This document shows positions 18,894 to 29,766 of a DNA stretch of 64,000 bases, in pieces. The stretch lies in the NCBI GenBank assembly GCA_965220965.1, contig OZ244852.1:352001-416000 (forward strand), given 5' to 3'. The position numbers and the translations under genes are program-made. Source of the stretch: Candidatus Marinacidobacterium sp. Lineage in GTDB: Bacteria; Acidobacteriota; Vicinamibacteria; Marinacidobacterales; Marinacidobacteraceae. Positions within the stretch are counted from its first letter, which is position 1. Every line of letters starts with the position of its first letter. A model generated the notes under the pieces. The model saw only the letters and a list, made by a program, of their open reading frames with translations, was not told the DNA's origin and made no database searches.

Positions 18894-19736
18894 GTGACCG
18901 ACTCGCACGCCCACCTGGAGGTCGCCCAGTTCGACCCCGACCGTCGGGCCGTGCTGGGGCGCGCCCGCGAGGCGGGCGTCCACACTGTGGTCGCCATGGG
19001 AACCTTCGACCGGGACGGCTCGTTCGAGCGCACCTTCGCCCTGGTGGACGAGCTCCATCCCGCCGGGCGGGACCACGACGCCTCCCTTCCCCGGCTCTAC
19101 ACGACGATCGGCTGTCACCCCCATGATGCGAAGGACTTCGATTCGCTCGGCGGAGAGGAGCGCCTGCTGGAGCTCGCCCGCCGGCCCCGGATGCTCGCGG
19201 TGGGCGAAGTCGGCCTCGATTACCACTACGACCTGAGCCCACGGCCGGTCCAGCAGGACGTCTTCCGGCGGCAGATCCGCGCGGCCCGGGAGCTCGGCCT
19301 GCCGGTCGTCGTGCACCACCGCGAAGCAGAGGACGACTTTGTCGAGATCGCCGATTCCGAGGGACTCCACGACTGCCGGGCCATCCTTCACTGCTTCACG
19401 GCGAGCGAACGGCTCGCCCGGGCGGCGGTCGAGCGGGGCTTTCTGATTTCGTTCTCGGGGATCCTCACGTTCGGGAACGCCGAACCGCTCCGCCGGGTTG
19501 CGGCGGGAGCGCCGGAAGACCACCTGCTGGTGGAGACCGACGCTCCCTTCCTGGCCCCGGTCCCCCACCGGGGCAAGCGGGCGGAGCCCGCGTTCGTGGT
19601 CGAGACCGCGCGGCGGCTCGCGGAGGTCAGGGGAGAGACTCTGGACCGGATCGAAGCCGTGACCGACGCGAATTTCCGCCGCTTCTTCGGCGTCTCGGCG
19701 CCGGGCGGGCTGGCCGGACGAGAGCGCGCCGCATGA
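18894..19736 (+). CDS. tatD: TatD-family nuclease
   Basis: DSHAHL, GCHPH, GEVGLDY, HCF, ETDAPFLAP. Confidence 0.92.
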   Translation: MTDSHAHLEVAQFDPDRRAVLGRAREAGVHTVVAMGTFDRDGSFERTFALVDELHPAGRDHDASLPRLYTTIGCHPHDAKDFDSLGGEERLLELARRPRMLAVGEVGLDYHYDLSPRPVQQDVFRRQIRAARELGLPVVVHHREAEDDFVEIADSEGLHDCRAILHCFTASERLARAAVERGFLISFSGILTFGNAEPLRRVAAGAPEDHLLVETDAPFLAPVPHRGKRAEPAFVVETARRLAEVRGETLDRIEAVTDANFRRFFGVSAPGGLAGRERAA

Positions 19737-20725
19737 CGAAGCTCGCCGGCGCCGATCCCCTGGCCGCGCTCGAGGAGGACCTGGCCCCCGATCTCGCCGA
19801 GGTGGAGCGCATCCTCGCGGAGCGGATCGACAGCGATCTCGAGCTGGTGAAGCTCGCCGCCCGCTACCTCTACGCCAGCGGCGGCAAGCGGCTGCGTCCG
19901 GCCCTGCTCCTCATGTCCGCGCGGGCCGCCGGCGGCGGCGGGGCCCGGACCGCCTGGTACGCCGCGATGGTCGAGATCGTTCACACCGCGACCCTCATGC
20001 ACGACGACATCGTGGACCGGGCCGACACCCGGCGGGGGAAGGAGTCGCTCAACAGCATGCTGGGGGACGACATCACCGTCCTCCTCGGCGACTTCCTCTA
20101 CATCCAGTCGGTGGCGCTCGGCGCCGAAGGGGGCGACCTCCGGTTCGTGACCGCGCTCTGCGATGTCTCCCGTCGGCTCACCGAGGGCATGCTGCTCGAA
20201 GCGGCGCGGGGCGGGATCCTCGGCCTGACCCGCGAAGAGCACCTCGAGATACTCCGGCTCAAGACCGCCTGCCTCTTCGAGGCCTGCGGGCGGATGGGCG
20301 CCATGGCGGCCGGCGCGCCGCCCCGGATCGAGCAGGCGCTCGGGGACTATGGGAGGCGCCTCGGGATGGCGTTCCAGGTTGCGGACGACCTGCTCGACTT
20401 CACCGCGAGCGAGGCGCAGATCGGCAAGCCGGTCCTGAGCGACCTCAAGGAAGGGCATCTCACTCTCCCCATCCTGCATGCGGTGGAGCGCGAACCGTCG
20501 GCCGCGCCGCTCGTCGAGGAGATCCTCGAAACCGGGGAGCTGGACGCGGAGCGGAGCCGGGAGGTGCTCGAACTGGTGCGCCGGACTGGCGGGCTGGACG
20601 CCGCCCGGGAGGTGGCCTCCACCCACGCCGAAGGGGCCCGTCGGGCGCTGGAGGCGCTGGCGCCGTCCCGCTACCGCGACGCGTTCGAGGAACTCACCCG
20701 ATTCGTCATCGATCGCCGCCTCTGA
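19733..20725 (+). CDS. Polyprenyl diphosphate synthase (IspB/HepT-like)
   Basis: GGKRLRP, HDDIVD..RRG, KTA, FQVADDLLD. Confidence 0.92.
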   Translation: MTKLAGADPLAALEEDLAPDLAEVERILAERIDSDLELVKLAARYLYASGGKRLRPALLLMSARAAGGGGARTAWYAAMVEIVHTATLMHDDIVDRADTRRGKESLNSMLGDDITVLLGDFLYIQSVALGAEGGDLRFVTALCDVSRRLTEGMLLEAARGGILGLTREEHLEILRLKTACLFEACGRMGAMAAGAPPRIEQALGDYGRRLGMAFQVADDLLDFTASEAQIGKPVLSDLKEGHLTLPILHAVEREPSAAPLVEEILETGELDAERSREVLELVRRTGGLDAAREVASTHAEGARRALEALAPSRYRDAFEELTRFVIDRRL

Positions 20726-21204
20726 CTCCCGATTTTCCGCCCTACCGCCACCGTCCGGGGCGGACTCCGCACCCGGAGAGGGATCCGGCGGGGCACCGCT
20801 TCCTCGAGCGGCTTCCCTCCGGGTGGCTCCCGGCCCGGGCCGCGCCGCTCGAGCGGCTCGGCGAAGACCGGCTGTTTTGCTACGGGCTCCGGCTGTGTCA
20901 GGACCGCTACTTCTGGGAGGCCCACGCCGTCTGGGAAGAACTCTGGCGCGCCGCCTGCGCCGGGCCGGGGGGACGCCAGTCGGTGGAAGCGCAGGTCCTG
21001 CGCGCGCTGATCCAGCGGGCGGCGGCGGCCCTGAAGCTCGATCTGGGAGACGCCGCCGGCGTGAGCAAGCTGACGGCCGCCTCCGAAGCGGCGCTCGAGG
21101 CCGTTCGCGCCCGGCTCCGCGCCGAACCCGGCCCCGAAGCGCGGCTTCGCGGTCTGGATGCGCTCGCGGAGCGAGTCGGAGAGTCCGCCCCGCTACGATC
21201 CTGA
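20722..21204 (+). CDS. DUF309 family protein
   Basis: Extending ORF 20983-21204 upstream gives PPYRHRPGRTPHP..DPAGH and YFWEAHAVWEELW...RALIQ. The only plausible start is CTG 20722, overlapping the upstream TGA. Confidence 0.75.
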   Translation: MTPDFPPYRHRPGRTPHPERDPAGHRFLERLPSGWLPARAAPLERLGEDRLFCYGLRLCQDRYFWEAHAVWEELWRAACAGPGGRQSVEAQVLRALIQRAAAALKLDLGDAAGVSKLTAASEAALEAVRARLRAEPGPEARLRGLDALAERVGESAPLRS

Positions 21205-21206
21205 GC

Positions 21207-22565
21207 GTGCCGGCGTCCTCGTCCGAAGACATCTGCGTCCTCGTCGTGGACGACGAGGCGGTGATCCGCCGATCGCTCCGACGCCGGCTTCGCTATGAGG
21301 GCTGGACGGTCCTCGAGACGGCGTCGGGTCCCGAAGCGCTCGAGGCGCTCGAAAGCCATCCGGTGGACCTGGTTCTGCTGGACATCAAGATGCCGGGGAT
21401 GGACGGCATGGAGGTGCTCCAGCGGATCCGGAAGCAGAGCCCGGCGGTCGCCGTCGTCATGCACACCGGGCACGGCGACATCGAGACCGCCGTCCGCGCG
21501 ATCCAGGCGGGGGCGGCGCACTTTCTCGAGAAGGGCGGGGGAGGGGACATCGCCGCCTGTCTCAGGATGGCGATCCAGAAGACGGCGACCCTCGAGCGCA
21601 AGCGCCTGGCCAGGGAGAACCTCCAGTTGGCCGAGGAGGTGGCGGCCCACCGGGACCGCGCCGGGACCGGGAGGCGACTCGTGGGGTCCTCGGCGGCGAT
21701 GGAGAAGGTGCGGTCGCTGATCGAACGGGTGGGGGACTCGGATGTCCGTGTGCTGATCACCGGAGAGTCCGGAACCGGGAAGGAAGTCGCCGCCCGGCTG
21801 ATCCACGCGGCGAGTCCCCGGGCGAAGGGTCCGTTCGTGGAGGTGAACTGCGCCGCCATCCCCGAGGAACTCATCGAGAGCGAACTCTTCGGCGCCGAGC
21901 GGGGCTCCTACACCGGGGCGCATCGTCAGCGGATCGGCAAGTTCGAACAGGCGAATGGCGGCGCCCTGTTCCTCGACGAGGTCGGGGACATGAGCCCGAG
22001 GACGCAGTCCAAGGTGCTTCGGGCGCTCGAGGAGAGCCGGATATCCCGCGTCGGCGGCCAGCGGGCCATCGAGGTGGACGTTCGGGTGCTGTCGGCGACG
22101 AATCAGGATCTGCGGGGCGCCGGCTTCCGCGGGGATCTCCTCCACCGGCTCGAGGTGATCCCCCTTCGGATGCCGCCGCTCCGGGACCGGCTCGACGACA
22201 TCCCGGAGCTCGTGGAGCACTTCGTCGAGGATCTCGAGGCGCACCACGGCCAGCGGGCCCGGCCCTTCACCGATGGCGCGCTGGCGGCGCTCGCCGCCCA
22301 CCGGTTCCCCGGCAACGTCCGCGAACTGCGCAATCTGGTGGAGCGGCTTCTGATCCTGAGTCCGGGGGAGGAGATCACCGCCGAGGATGTCGCGGAACAC
22401 CTCTCGCCGGCTTCCGGCGGCGGTGAGGCCCGCGCTCTGGGCGCCGTCCTCGCTTCCCGCGTCGCCGCCTTCGCCGGAGACCGGGTCGCCGCCGCCCGCA
22501 GTCTGGCCACCACCCCGGACCGTCTGGAGGGCCTGCTTCGGGAGTTCCCGGCCTCGGAGTCCTGA
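21207..22565 (+). CDS. Sigma-54-dependent response regulator (NtrC/NtrX-like)
   Basis: Receiver (VVDDE, LDIKMPGMDG), GESGTGKE, ESELFG..GSYTGA, FLDEV, FPGNVREL and a degenerate HTH. Confidence 0.9.
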   Translation: MPASSSEDICVLVVDDEAVIRRSLRRRLRYEGWTVLETASGPEALEALESHPVDLVLLDIKMPGMDGMEVLQRIRKQSPAVAVVMHTGHGDIETAVRAIQAGAAHFLEKGGGGDIAACLRMAIQKTATLERKRLARENLQLAEEVAAHRDRAGTGRRLVGSSAAMEKVRSLIERVGDSDVRVLITGESGTGKEVAARLIHAASPRAKGPFVEVNCAAIPEELIESELFGAERGSYTGAHRQRIGKFEQANGGALFLDEVGDMSPRTQSKVLRALEESRISRVGGQRAIEVDVRVLSATNQDLRGAGFRGDLLHRLEVIPLRMPPLRDRLDDIPELVEHFVEDLEAHHGQRARPFTDGALAALAAHRFPGNVRELRNLVERLLILSPGEEITAEDVAEHLSPASGGGEARALGAVLASRVAAFAGDRVAAARSLATTPDRLEGLLREFPASES

Positions 22566-22773
22566 TCTGTCAGGGATCGCGGAGCGGTAGAATCGGGGCG
22601 GAATTCCGGTTGCGGGTCGCCTTCCCCGCAGTCCCTGCAGCGTCGTCATCCACCGTGGCGAATCGCCGGCCGCGCGGTCTCATCGCCTGGTCGCGGATCG
22701 GCCCGGGGCTTCTTCCGCGTCTTCACTCCGCGCCTCCTCCGCGACCGCGTTCCGTTCCGCCCCCGCGTTCTCT

Positions 22774-25700
22774 GTGACCTCTCCCACTGTTGCTCCGGCG
22801 GCTGCGTCCGCCACGTCGGGGACTCCGGTTCCGGCCGGCCTCCCTCCGGGCGCGGCTCCGTTCGCCCGCCGCCACATCGGGCCTGACCCGCGCCAGCAGT
22901 CCGCCATGCTCCGGGAGCTGGGCCTCGACTCGCGAGCCCGGCTGATCGCCGAGACCGTCCCGGAGGACATCCGCAGCGACCGGGATCTCGACCTGCCCTC
23001 CGCGCTCTCGGAGGGAGACCTTCTGGAGGCGCTGCGCGACATCGCGGCGACGAACCGGACCCGACGGAGTTTCATCGGCCGGGGGTTCCATGGCGTGGTC
23101 ACGCCTCCGGTGCTGTTGCGGAACATCCTGGAGGATCCGGGCTGGTACACCCAGTACACCCCCTACCAGTCGGAAATCTCGCAGGGCCGGCTCGAGATCC
23201 TGCTCAACTTCCAGACGCTGGTGTCCGACCTGACCGGGCTTCCGGTGTCGAACGCCTCGCTCCTCGACGAGGCGACCGCGGTCGCCGAGGCGATGGCGAT
23301 GTGCTTCCGGAGCGTTCGGGGCCGCGACATCTTCCTCGCCGACCAGAACCTCCACGCCCAGAACCTCGCGGTGCTGCGCACCCGGGCCGACGCGCTGGGG
23401 ATCCGTCTCGAAGTCCGGGACCTGCGGGCGGCGGACCCGCTCGGCGATCTGGCGGAACGGCTGGGCGGGGTCGCCGTCCAGTACCCGGACACCCTGGGCG
23501 GGGTCCACGACTGGCGTCCGCTGGTCGAGCGCGTTCACGGGGCCGGCGGCCTGGTCGTCGTCGCCTGCGATCCGCTGGCGCTCACCCTGCTCACCCCGCC
23601 GGGTGAACTCGGCGCCGACATCGCGGTGGGATCCACCCAGCGGTTCGGGATGCCGATGGGCGGCGGCGGTCCGCACGCCGCCTTCCTTGCCACCCGGGAG
23701 CGATTCCAGCGGAGCGTGCCGGGGAGGGTCGTCGGCGTCTCCCGCGATGACGACGGGCGGCCCGCTTTCCGTCTGGCGCTCCAGACGCGCGAACAGCACA
23801 TCCGCCGCGACCGGGCGACGAGCAACATCTGCACCGCGCAGGTCCTCCCGGCGCTGGTGGCCTCGGCCTACGCGGTCTGGCACGGCCCGGAAGGCCTCGT
23901 CCGGATCGCCCGCCGGATCCGGCGGCTCGCGCTCGGGCTCCGCGAGGGGCTGGAGCGGCTCGGCTATCCGGGCGGTTCCGAGTCGGTCTTCGACACCGTG
24001 ACCGTCCCGTTGCCGCCCGCGGAGGCCGACGAGGTGGTCGCCGCCGCCGAGGCGGCCGGGATCAATCTGGGTCGGGTCGAAGCCGGAGAAGGAAGCGGCG
24101 GCGACGCGGTGCGTATCGCGCTCGACGAGACGGCGAGGCCCGAAGACCTCGACCGGATCCTGGCGGCCTTCGCCCGCGGATCGGCGCCCGCGCCCGCCGC
24201 CGGGCTGCTGGAGGCGGCCCTCGACGACGAGCCGGGCGGGGAACACGCCCTCCCGAGCGCATTGCGCCGAACGAGTCCCTTCCTGACCCATGAGGTGTTC
24301 CATCAGGTCCGCTCGGAACACGAGATGCTCCGGTATCTGAAGCGCCTCCGGGACCGCGATCTGTCGCTGACCACCTCGATGATCCCGCTCGGCTCGTGCA
24401 CCATGAAGCTCAACGCGGCGGCCGAGATGATCCCGGTGACATGGCCGGAGTTCGCCGGAGTCCATCCGTTCGCTCCTCCGGACCAGCTCGCCGGCTTCCG
24501 CCGGATCGCGGCGGATCTGGAGACCTGGCTGGCGGAGATCACCGGCTTTCACGCGGTGAGCCTCCAGCCGAACGCCGGGTCGCAGGGCGAGTTCGCCGGA
24601 CTCCTCATGATCCGGGCGTTCCACCAGAGCCGCGGCGAACCCGAGCGCGACGTCTGTCTGATCCCGACCTCGGCTCACGGGACGAACCCCGCCAGCGCCA
24701 CGCTCGCCGGGCTGCGCGTCGTCGCGGTGAAGACGACCCCCGCCGGCGATATCGACCAGGCCGACCTGGCGCGCAAGGTCGAAGCCCATCCCGGGCGGGT
24801 GGCCGCGCTCATGATCACCTATCCCTCGACCCACGGGGTGTTCGAGGAGGGCGTTCGCGAGGTCTGCCGGGTCGTGCGGGAAGCCGGAGGCCGGGTCTAC
24901 CTCGACGGCGCGAACCTGAACGCGCAACTGGGGCTCACCAGTCCGGCCCGCATCGGCGCGGACGTCTGCCACCTGAACCTGCACAAGACCTTCTGCATTC
25001 CCCACGGCGGGGGCGGCCCCGGGATGGGGCCGGTCGCGGCCACCGAGGAGCTGGCGCCGTTCCTGCCGGGGCACCCCGATGCGCCCGGGGCCGGGCCGCA
25101 GCACATCGGAGCGATCTCGGCCGCGCCCTGGGGAAGCCCGGCGATCCTTCCGATCTCCTGGGCCTACATCCGCCTCATGGGGGCGGACGGGCTCACCGAG
25201 GCCAGCGAAGTCGCCATCCTTTCGGCGAACTACATGGCGGCCCGGCTCGAAGGCCACTACCCGCTGCTCTTCACCGGCGCCCGGGGACGGGTCGCCCATG
25301 AGTTCATCCTGGACTGCCGCCCCTTCAAGCGCTCCGCCGGGATCGAAGCGAACGACATCGCCAAACGGCTCATGGACTTCGGCTTCCACGCCCCCACGAT
25401 GTCGTTCCCGGTGGCGGGCACCCTCATGATCGAGCCCACCGAGAGCGAATCGCTTCCCGAGCTGGACCGGTTCTGCGACGCCATGCTCCGGATCCGCGAA
25501 GAGATCCGGGACATCGAGGAAGGCCGCGCCGACCGCGAGCGGAATCCGTTGAAGCTGGCGCCCCACACCCTGGGGGATGTCGTTTCGGACGCCTGGGACC
25601 GGCCCTACAGCCGGCGCCAGGCCGCGTTCCCCGCGCCCTGGGTCGAGGACGGGAAGTTCTGGCCCCCGGTGGCGAGGGTCGACAATGCCGCCGGAGACCG

Positions 25701-25800
25701 GAACCTGATCTGCAGTTGTCCGGACGACTGGCGATCGTCGGCGGCTTCGGTGAACCCGCCGGCCTCCATCACCCCGCTTCGGGAAGGGGCCCCTGCGTGA
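22774..25800 (+). CDS. gcvP: Glycine dehydrogenase (glycine cleavage P protein)
   Basis: [45 protein letters not shown] (PLP Lys), DRNLICSCP. Confidence 0.97.
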   Translation: MTSPTVAPAAASATSGTPVPAGLPPGAAPFARRHIGPDPRQQSAMLRELGLDSRARLIAETVPEDIRSDRDLDLPSALSEGDLLEALRDIAATNRTRRSFIGRGFHGVVTPPVLLRNILEDPGWYTQYTPYQSEISQGRLEILLNFQTLVSDLTGLPVSNASLLDEATAVAEAMAMCFRSVRGRDIFLADQNLHAQNLAVLRTRADALGIRLEVRDLRAADPLGDLAERLGGVAVQYPDTLGGVHDWRPLVERVHGAGGLVVVACDPLALTLLTPPGELGADIAVGSTQRFGMPMGGGGPHAAFLATRERFQRSVPGRVVGVSRDDDGRPAFRLALQTREQHIRRDRATSNICTAQVLPALVASAYAVWHGPEGLVRIARRIRRLALGLREGLERLGYPGGSESVFDTVTVPLPPAEADEVVAAAEAAGINLGRVEAGEGSGGDAVRIALDETARPEDLDRILAAFARGSAPAPAAGLLEAALDDEPGGEHALPSALRRTSPFLTHEVFHQVRSEHEMLRYLKRLRDRDLSLTTSMIPLGSCTMKLNAAAEMIPVTWPEFAGVHPFAPPDQLAGFRRIAADLETWLAEITGFHAVSLQPNAGSQGEFAGLLMIRAFHQSRGEPERDVCLIPTSAHGTNPASATLAGLRVVAVKTTPAGDIDQADLARKVEAHPGRVAALMITYPSTHGVFEEGVREVCRVVREAGGRVYLDGANLNAQLGLTSPARIGADVCHLNLHKTFCIPHGGGGPGMGPVAATEELAPFLPGHPDAPGAGPQHIGAISAAPWGSPAILPISWAYIRLMGADGLTEASEVAILSANYMAARLEGHYPLLFTGARGRVAHEFILDCRPFKRSAGIEANDIAKRLMDFGFHAPTMSFPVAGTLMIEPTESESLPELDRFCDAMLRIREEIRDIEEGRADRERNPLKLAPHTLGDVVSDAWDRPYSRRQAAFPAPWVEDGKFWPPVARVDNAAGDRNLICSCPDDWRSSAASVNPPASITPLREGAPA

Positions 25801-27155
25801 CGACCCGGAAAAGGTCCCTGCGCGCCTGCGCGGCGCAGATCAGTCCCGTCTTCATGGACAAGCGGGCGAGCGTGGAGAAGTACGCCGAGACCCTCGTTGA
25901 AGCGGGGAAACAGGGCGTCGAGCTCGTCGTGACCCCCGAGACCGGGATCCCGTGCTACCCCTACTGGCGCAACAACTTCGGTTACACGGACCCCGAGTCG
26001 GCGAAGCAGTGGAAAGAGACAGTGCTCGCCTTCTACGACGAGTCGGTGCGGATCCCGGGCCCGGAGACCGAGATCCTGGGCCGCGCGGCGAAGAGCGCCG
26101 GCCTCACCGCGGTCATCGGGCTGAACGAGCAGGACGACCGTCCCGGCTCCCGCACGCTCTACAACACGATGCTGTTCCTGGGCCCGGACGGGGAGATCCT
26201 CGGCCGACACCGGAAGCTGATGCCCACCCACCAGGAGCGCATCTTCTGGGGACGCGGGGACGCGAGCGACCTCCGGGTTTTCGACACTCCCTTCGGGGTC
26301 CTCGGCGGTCTGATCTGTTTCGAGAACCACATGACGCTGCTCAAGGCGGCGATGGCGGTCAAGGGCGAGGAGGTCCACGCCGCCTGCTGGCCCGGCTACT
26401 GGGCCTACGCCGGACCGGGCAACACGGTCCGCGACATGAGCGGCGCCCGCTATCCCCTGCACCACTCCGATCAGGACGCCGCCGTCCGCGAGTACGCCTT
26501 CGAGACGCAGACCTTCGTCGTGTCCGCCTCGATGTACCTGCCGGAGGACGCCATACCGGACGACTTTCCCTACCGGAAAACCGCGTCCTGGAAGTGGGCC
26601 ATGGGGGGAAGCGCCATCGCCACGCCCTTCGGGACCTACGCCGCCGAGCCGCTCTTCGGGAAGGAAGGGCTGGTGATCGCCGACCTGGATCTGGCGGACC
26701 GGATCGTGGCCAAGAACGTCTTCGACTGCATGGGTCACTACACCCGCTGGGACGCCGTCCAGTTACGGCTCAGCCGCGAGGCGGTCGGCCCCGAGGTCGG
26801 TGGGGTCAGCCCGCTGGGCCCGCTCTCCTTCCTCGCCGACGCCGCGGGAGGCCCGACCCGCCCCGCGGCCGATTCGGGCGACCTTGGGGACCGTTCCCCC
26901 CGGACCGTGGTGGGCGCGCTCCCGGCGAACCTCGCGAAGCCCTTCCTGGGCGCGCTCATGGAGAAGTTCGGCCCGGAGGCGATCTCGGCGCACCGCGTGG
27001 AGGTGGACGGGGACGATCTCGAGGAGCTGGCCCGGTCCCACGGGCTCTCCCACGACGAGATCGTCTCGCTGATCCACGACTTCCTCGACCTGATCCGCCG
27101 GCGCAGCGGCCTCGTGGTTCCCGACCTCGACGTCGAAGAGCCGGCGGACGCCTGA
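25797..27155 (+). CDS. Nitrilase with C-terminal extension
   Basis: Catalytic triad PE / HRKLMPT / LICFEN and FDCMGHY. GTGA overlap with the gcvP stop. Confidence 0.88.
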   Translation: MTTRKRSLRACAAQISPVFMDKRASVEKYAETLVEAGKQGVELVVTPETGIPCYPYWRNNFGYTDPESAKQWKETVLAFYDESVRIPGPETEILGRAAKSAGLTAVIGLNEQDDRPGSRTLYNTMLFLGPDGEILGRHRKLMPTHQERIFWGRGDASDLRVFDTPFGVLGGLICFENHMTLLKAAMAVKGEEVHAACWPGYWAYAGPGNTVRDMSGARYPLHHSDQDAAVREYAFETQTFVVSASMYLPEDAIPDDFPYRKTASWKWAMGGSAIATPFGTYAAEPLFGKEGLVIADLDLADRIVAKNVFDCMGHYTRWDAVQLRLSREAVGPEVGGVSPLGPLSFLADAAGGPTRPAADSGDLGDRSPRTVVGALPANLAKPFLGALMEKFGPEAISAHRVEVDGDDLEELARSHGLSHDEIVSLIHDFLDLIRRRSGLVVPDLDVEEPADA

Positions 27156-27171
27156 CCGGCCGCTCGTTCGC

Positions 27172-27672
27172 GTGGCGCTCGCGCTTCTCACGTTCCACCT
27201 GGCGGGGCTCGCCGTCTTCGCCTGGACCTGCTTCGCCCCGTTCATCGGGGAGGGCATCGCGGGCCACATCTGGCTCGGTCTCGCGGCGGTCATGCTGGTG
27301 GTGTTCGCTCACACCATGAGCTACCTCTACCTGGTGGCGATGACGAGCGTGATGCGGAAGGCGCTCGCCGGCGAGAGCGGCCCCCGGGTCTTCGTGAACG
27401 ACCCGCGGGGAGACGAGCTCCTGGCGCGCAGCCGGCGGCTCAAGGCGTCGGTTTCGAAGTGGGCGCTGGGAGGCATGGGCCTCCCCATGGTCGCGTTCAT
27501 CCTGGGAGGCGGCGCCCACACGCGGGCGTTTCCGCCGGTGATCCACGCCGCGATCGCGTACGCCGTCCTCGCCTTCCTGGTCGCCGCGGCGCTGTTCGTG
27601 GGTCTCGGGCTCCTCCGGCAGAACCGCCTGGTGGAGGCGTTTCAGTTCGCCTCGCAGACCGAGCCTTCCTGA
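27172..27672 (+). CDS. Hypothetical membrane protein (about 4 TM)
   Basis: Four hydrophobic segments, several His in or near them, and GGGAHT. Confidence 0.7.
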   Translation: MALALLTFHLAGLAVFAWTCFAPFIGEGIAGHIWLGLAAVMLVVFAHTMSYLYLVAMTSVMRKALAGESGPRVFVNDPRGDELLARSRRLKASVSKWALGGMGLPMVAFILGGGAHTRAFPPVIHAAIAYAVLAFLVAAALFVGLGLLRQNRLVEAFQFASQTEPS

Positions 27673-27716
27673 ACCGCCGCGGCGCCGCCCGGCCCGATGT
27701 ACGATCGGCCGCGCCG

Positions 27717-28559
27717 ATGTCCCGAATGCCCGCTCCCGTCGTTCTCGCCCTGCTGATCGGAGGCTCCGCCGCCGCCCAGACCGTTCCGACGCCGCCCGAT
27801 GCGTCGCTCGGGCCGGACACGGTGTTCGTCGAGGAACTCACCTGGACCGAGGTGGGGGCGCGGGTGCGCGCGGGGGTCCGATCGGTCATCGTGGCCACCG
27901 GGGGAACCGAACAGAACGGCCCGCACATGGTGCTGGGCAAGCACAACTTCATCATCCGGGAGACCGCCGAGCGGATCGCCCGGGAACTCGGCGACACGCT
28001 GGTCGCCCCGGTCGTGGCGTACGTTCCGGAAGGCGGGGTCTCGCCACCGACCGGCCACATGCGCTACCCGGGGGCCATCACGCTTCCCGAGGAGCACTTC
28101 AAGGCGCTGCTCGAGTACGCCGCCCGCGGCTTCGCGCTCCACGGTTTCGAGAACATCATCTTCATCGGGGACAGCGGGGGAAACCAGCGCGGGATGTCGC
28201 AGGTCGCGGACCTGCTGAACGGGGAATGGGAGGCGGCCGGCGAGCCGGCGCGCGTCCTCTATGTGCCCGAGTACTACCGGGGCAACGGTTTCCGCGAATG
28301 GCTCCTCGAGCAGGGGCTGGATGAGGAGGCCATCGGCCGGCACGCCGGGGTGACGGACACGTCTCAGCTCTGGCACGTCGCCCCCGACCAGATCCGCCCC
28401 GAGGCGCGCCTGCCGGGGGGCGGCTTCGAGGGAAGCGGCGTCAGCGGCGACCCCACCCAGGCGAGTCCCGAGCTGGGGGCGAAGGGCATCGCTCTCAAGG
28501 TGGAGACCACGGTCCGACGGGTCCGCGAGATGCTCGCCGAGCCCGGATTGCGCGATTGA
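27717..28559 (+). CDS. Creatininase-family protein, exported, with divergent metal site
   Basis: EELTWTEV, GGTEQNGPH, GDSGGN, HAG..DTS, GVSGDP. Signal peptide ends AAA-Q. Confidence 0.85.
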   Translation: MSRMPAPVVLALLIGGSAAAQTVPTPPDASLGPDTVFVEELTWTEVGARVRAGVRSVIVATGGTEQNGPHMVLGKHNFIIRETAERIARELGDTLVAPVVAYVPEGGVSPPTGHMRYPGAITLPEEHFKALLEYAARGFALHGFENIIFIGDSGGNQRGMSQVADLLNGEWEAAGEPARVLYVPEYYRGNGFREWLLEQGLDEEAIGRHAGVTDTSQLWHVAPDQIRPEARLPGGGFEGSGVSGDPTQASPELGAKGIALKVETTVRRVREMLAEPGLRD

Positions 28560-29761
28560 TGGCGGCCCCGGCGACCACCAGGCCGCCCGCCACGTCGGAG
28601 ACGGACGCCGCGGACATCCTTCCGCTTCAGCGCCACCTCTTCGACATCCCCCGGGACATCGTCTGGCTGAACTGCGCCTACATGGGACCGCTGCCCCGCG
28701 CGGCGGCCGACGCCGGGACCGAGGGCCTTCGCCGCAAGCTCCGACCGTGGAGCATCGAGGTGGACGACTTCTTCGACGCCTCCGAAGCGCTCCGGAGCGC
28801 GTGGGCGGCGCTGCTGGGGGCGGGCGGCGAGGATCTCGCGCTGACGCCCTCGGCCAGCTACGGGATCACGCTGGCGGCGCGAAGCCTCCCGCTCGGTCCG
28901 GGGGACGAGATCCTCGTGGCGGAGGACCAGTTTCCGTCGAACTACTACCCCTGGACCGCGAGGGCCGCGAGCGCCGGAGCCAGCGTGCGGGTCGTCGCCC
29001 GACCGGCCGACGGCGACTGGACGCGCGCCGTTCTTGACGCTCTGGATGCGCGGGTGGCGGTCGCCGCGCTTCCGCAGGTTCACTGGACCGACGGCGGCCG
29101 CTTCGACCTGGAGCGGATCGGGGCGGCGGTCCGCGATTGCGGCGCGGCCCTCGTGGTGGATGCGACCCAGTCGCTCGGCGCGATGCCGTTCGACGTGGGG
29201 CGGATCCGCCCCGACTTCGTCGCCGGCGCCGGCTACAAGTGGCTTCTGGGTCCCTACTCGCTGGGGTATCTCTACGTCGCGCCGCATCGCCTCGACGCCG
29301 AGCCGCTCGAGCACAACTGGATCCAGCGGGAAAACGCGCGCGAGTTCGCCCGGCTGGTGGACTACACCGAACGCCCCCAACCGGGGGCGCGGAGGTTCGA
29401 TGTCGGGGAGCGCTCCAACTTCGCGCTCGTCCCGGCGGCGCTTCGGGCGGCGCAACAGCTTCTCGCCTGGAGCCCGGAGGCCGTCGCGCGCTCGCTTCGC
29501 CCGAAGACCCGGCGCCTCGCCCGGGAAGCGGAGCGACTCGGCTGCCGCGTCGGTCCCGAGGCGTTCCGGGCCCCGCACTACCTCGCGCTGGGGTTGCCGC
29601 CGGGAGGCGGCGCCGGAGCGCTCGAGCGGGTGCGAGAGGCGCTCTCGGCGCACAGCGTCTTCGTGAGCATCCGCGGCGACTCGGTGCGGGTCACCCCGCA
29701 TCTCTACAACGACGACGAAGACCTGGACCGGTTCCTGGAAGCCCTCCGGTCATCGCTCTGA
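28559..29761 (+). CDS. Class V PLP-dependent aminotransferase/lyase
   Basis: LNCAYMGP, QFPSN, VHWTDG, DATQS, GYKW (PLP Lys), RVTPHLYN. TGATG coupling to the upstream gene. Confidence 0.88.
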   Translation: MAAPATTRPPATSETDAADILPLQRHLFDIPRDIVWLNCAYMGPLPRAAADAGTEGLRRKLRPWSIEVDDFFDASEALRSAWAALLGAGGEDLALTPSASYGITLAARSLPLGPGDEILVAEDQFPSNYYPWTARAASAGASVRVVARPADGDWTRAVLDALDARVAVAALPQVHWTDGGRFDLERIGAAVRDCGAALVVDATQSLGAMPFDVGRIRPDFVAGAGYKWLLGPYSLGYLYVAPHRLDAEPLEHNWIQRENAREFARLVDYTERPQPGARRFDVGERSNFALVPAALRAAQQLLAWSPEAVARSLRPKTRRLAREAERLGCRVGPEAFRAPHYLALGLPPGGGAGALERVREALSAHSVFVSIRGDSVRVTPHLYNDDEDLDRFLEALRSSL

Positions 29762-29766
29762 CGATG

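Noticed and set aside
22566-22773. Possible glycine riboswitch in the ~200-nt region before gcvP
   Set aside because: It has a TAGAAT -10-like hexamer and a pyrimidine-rich tract but lacks the GGAGA...GAAG...CTCTCAGG aptamer hallmarks.
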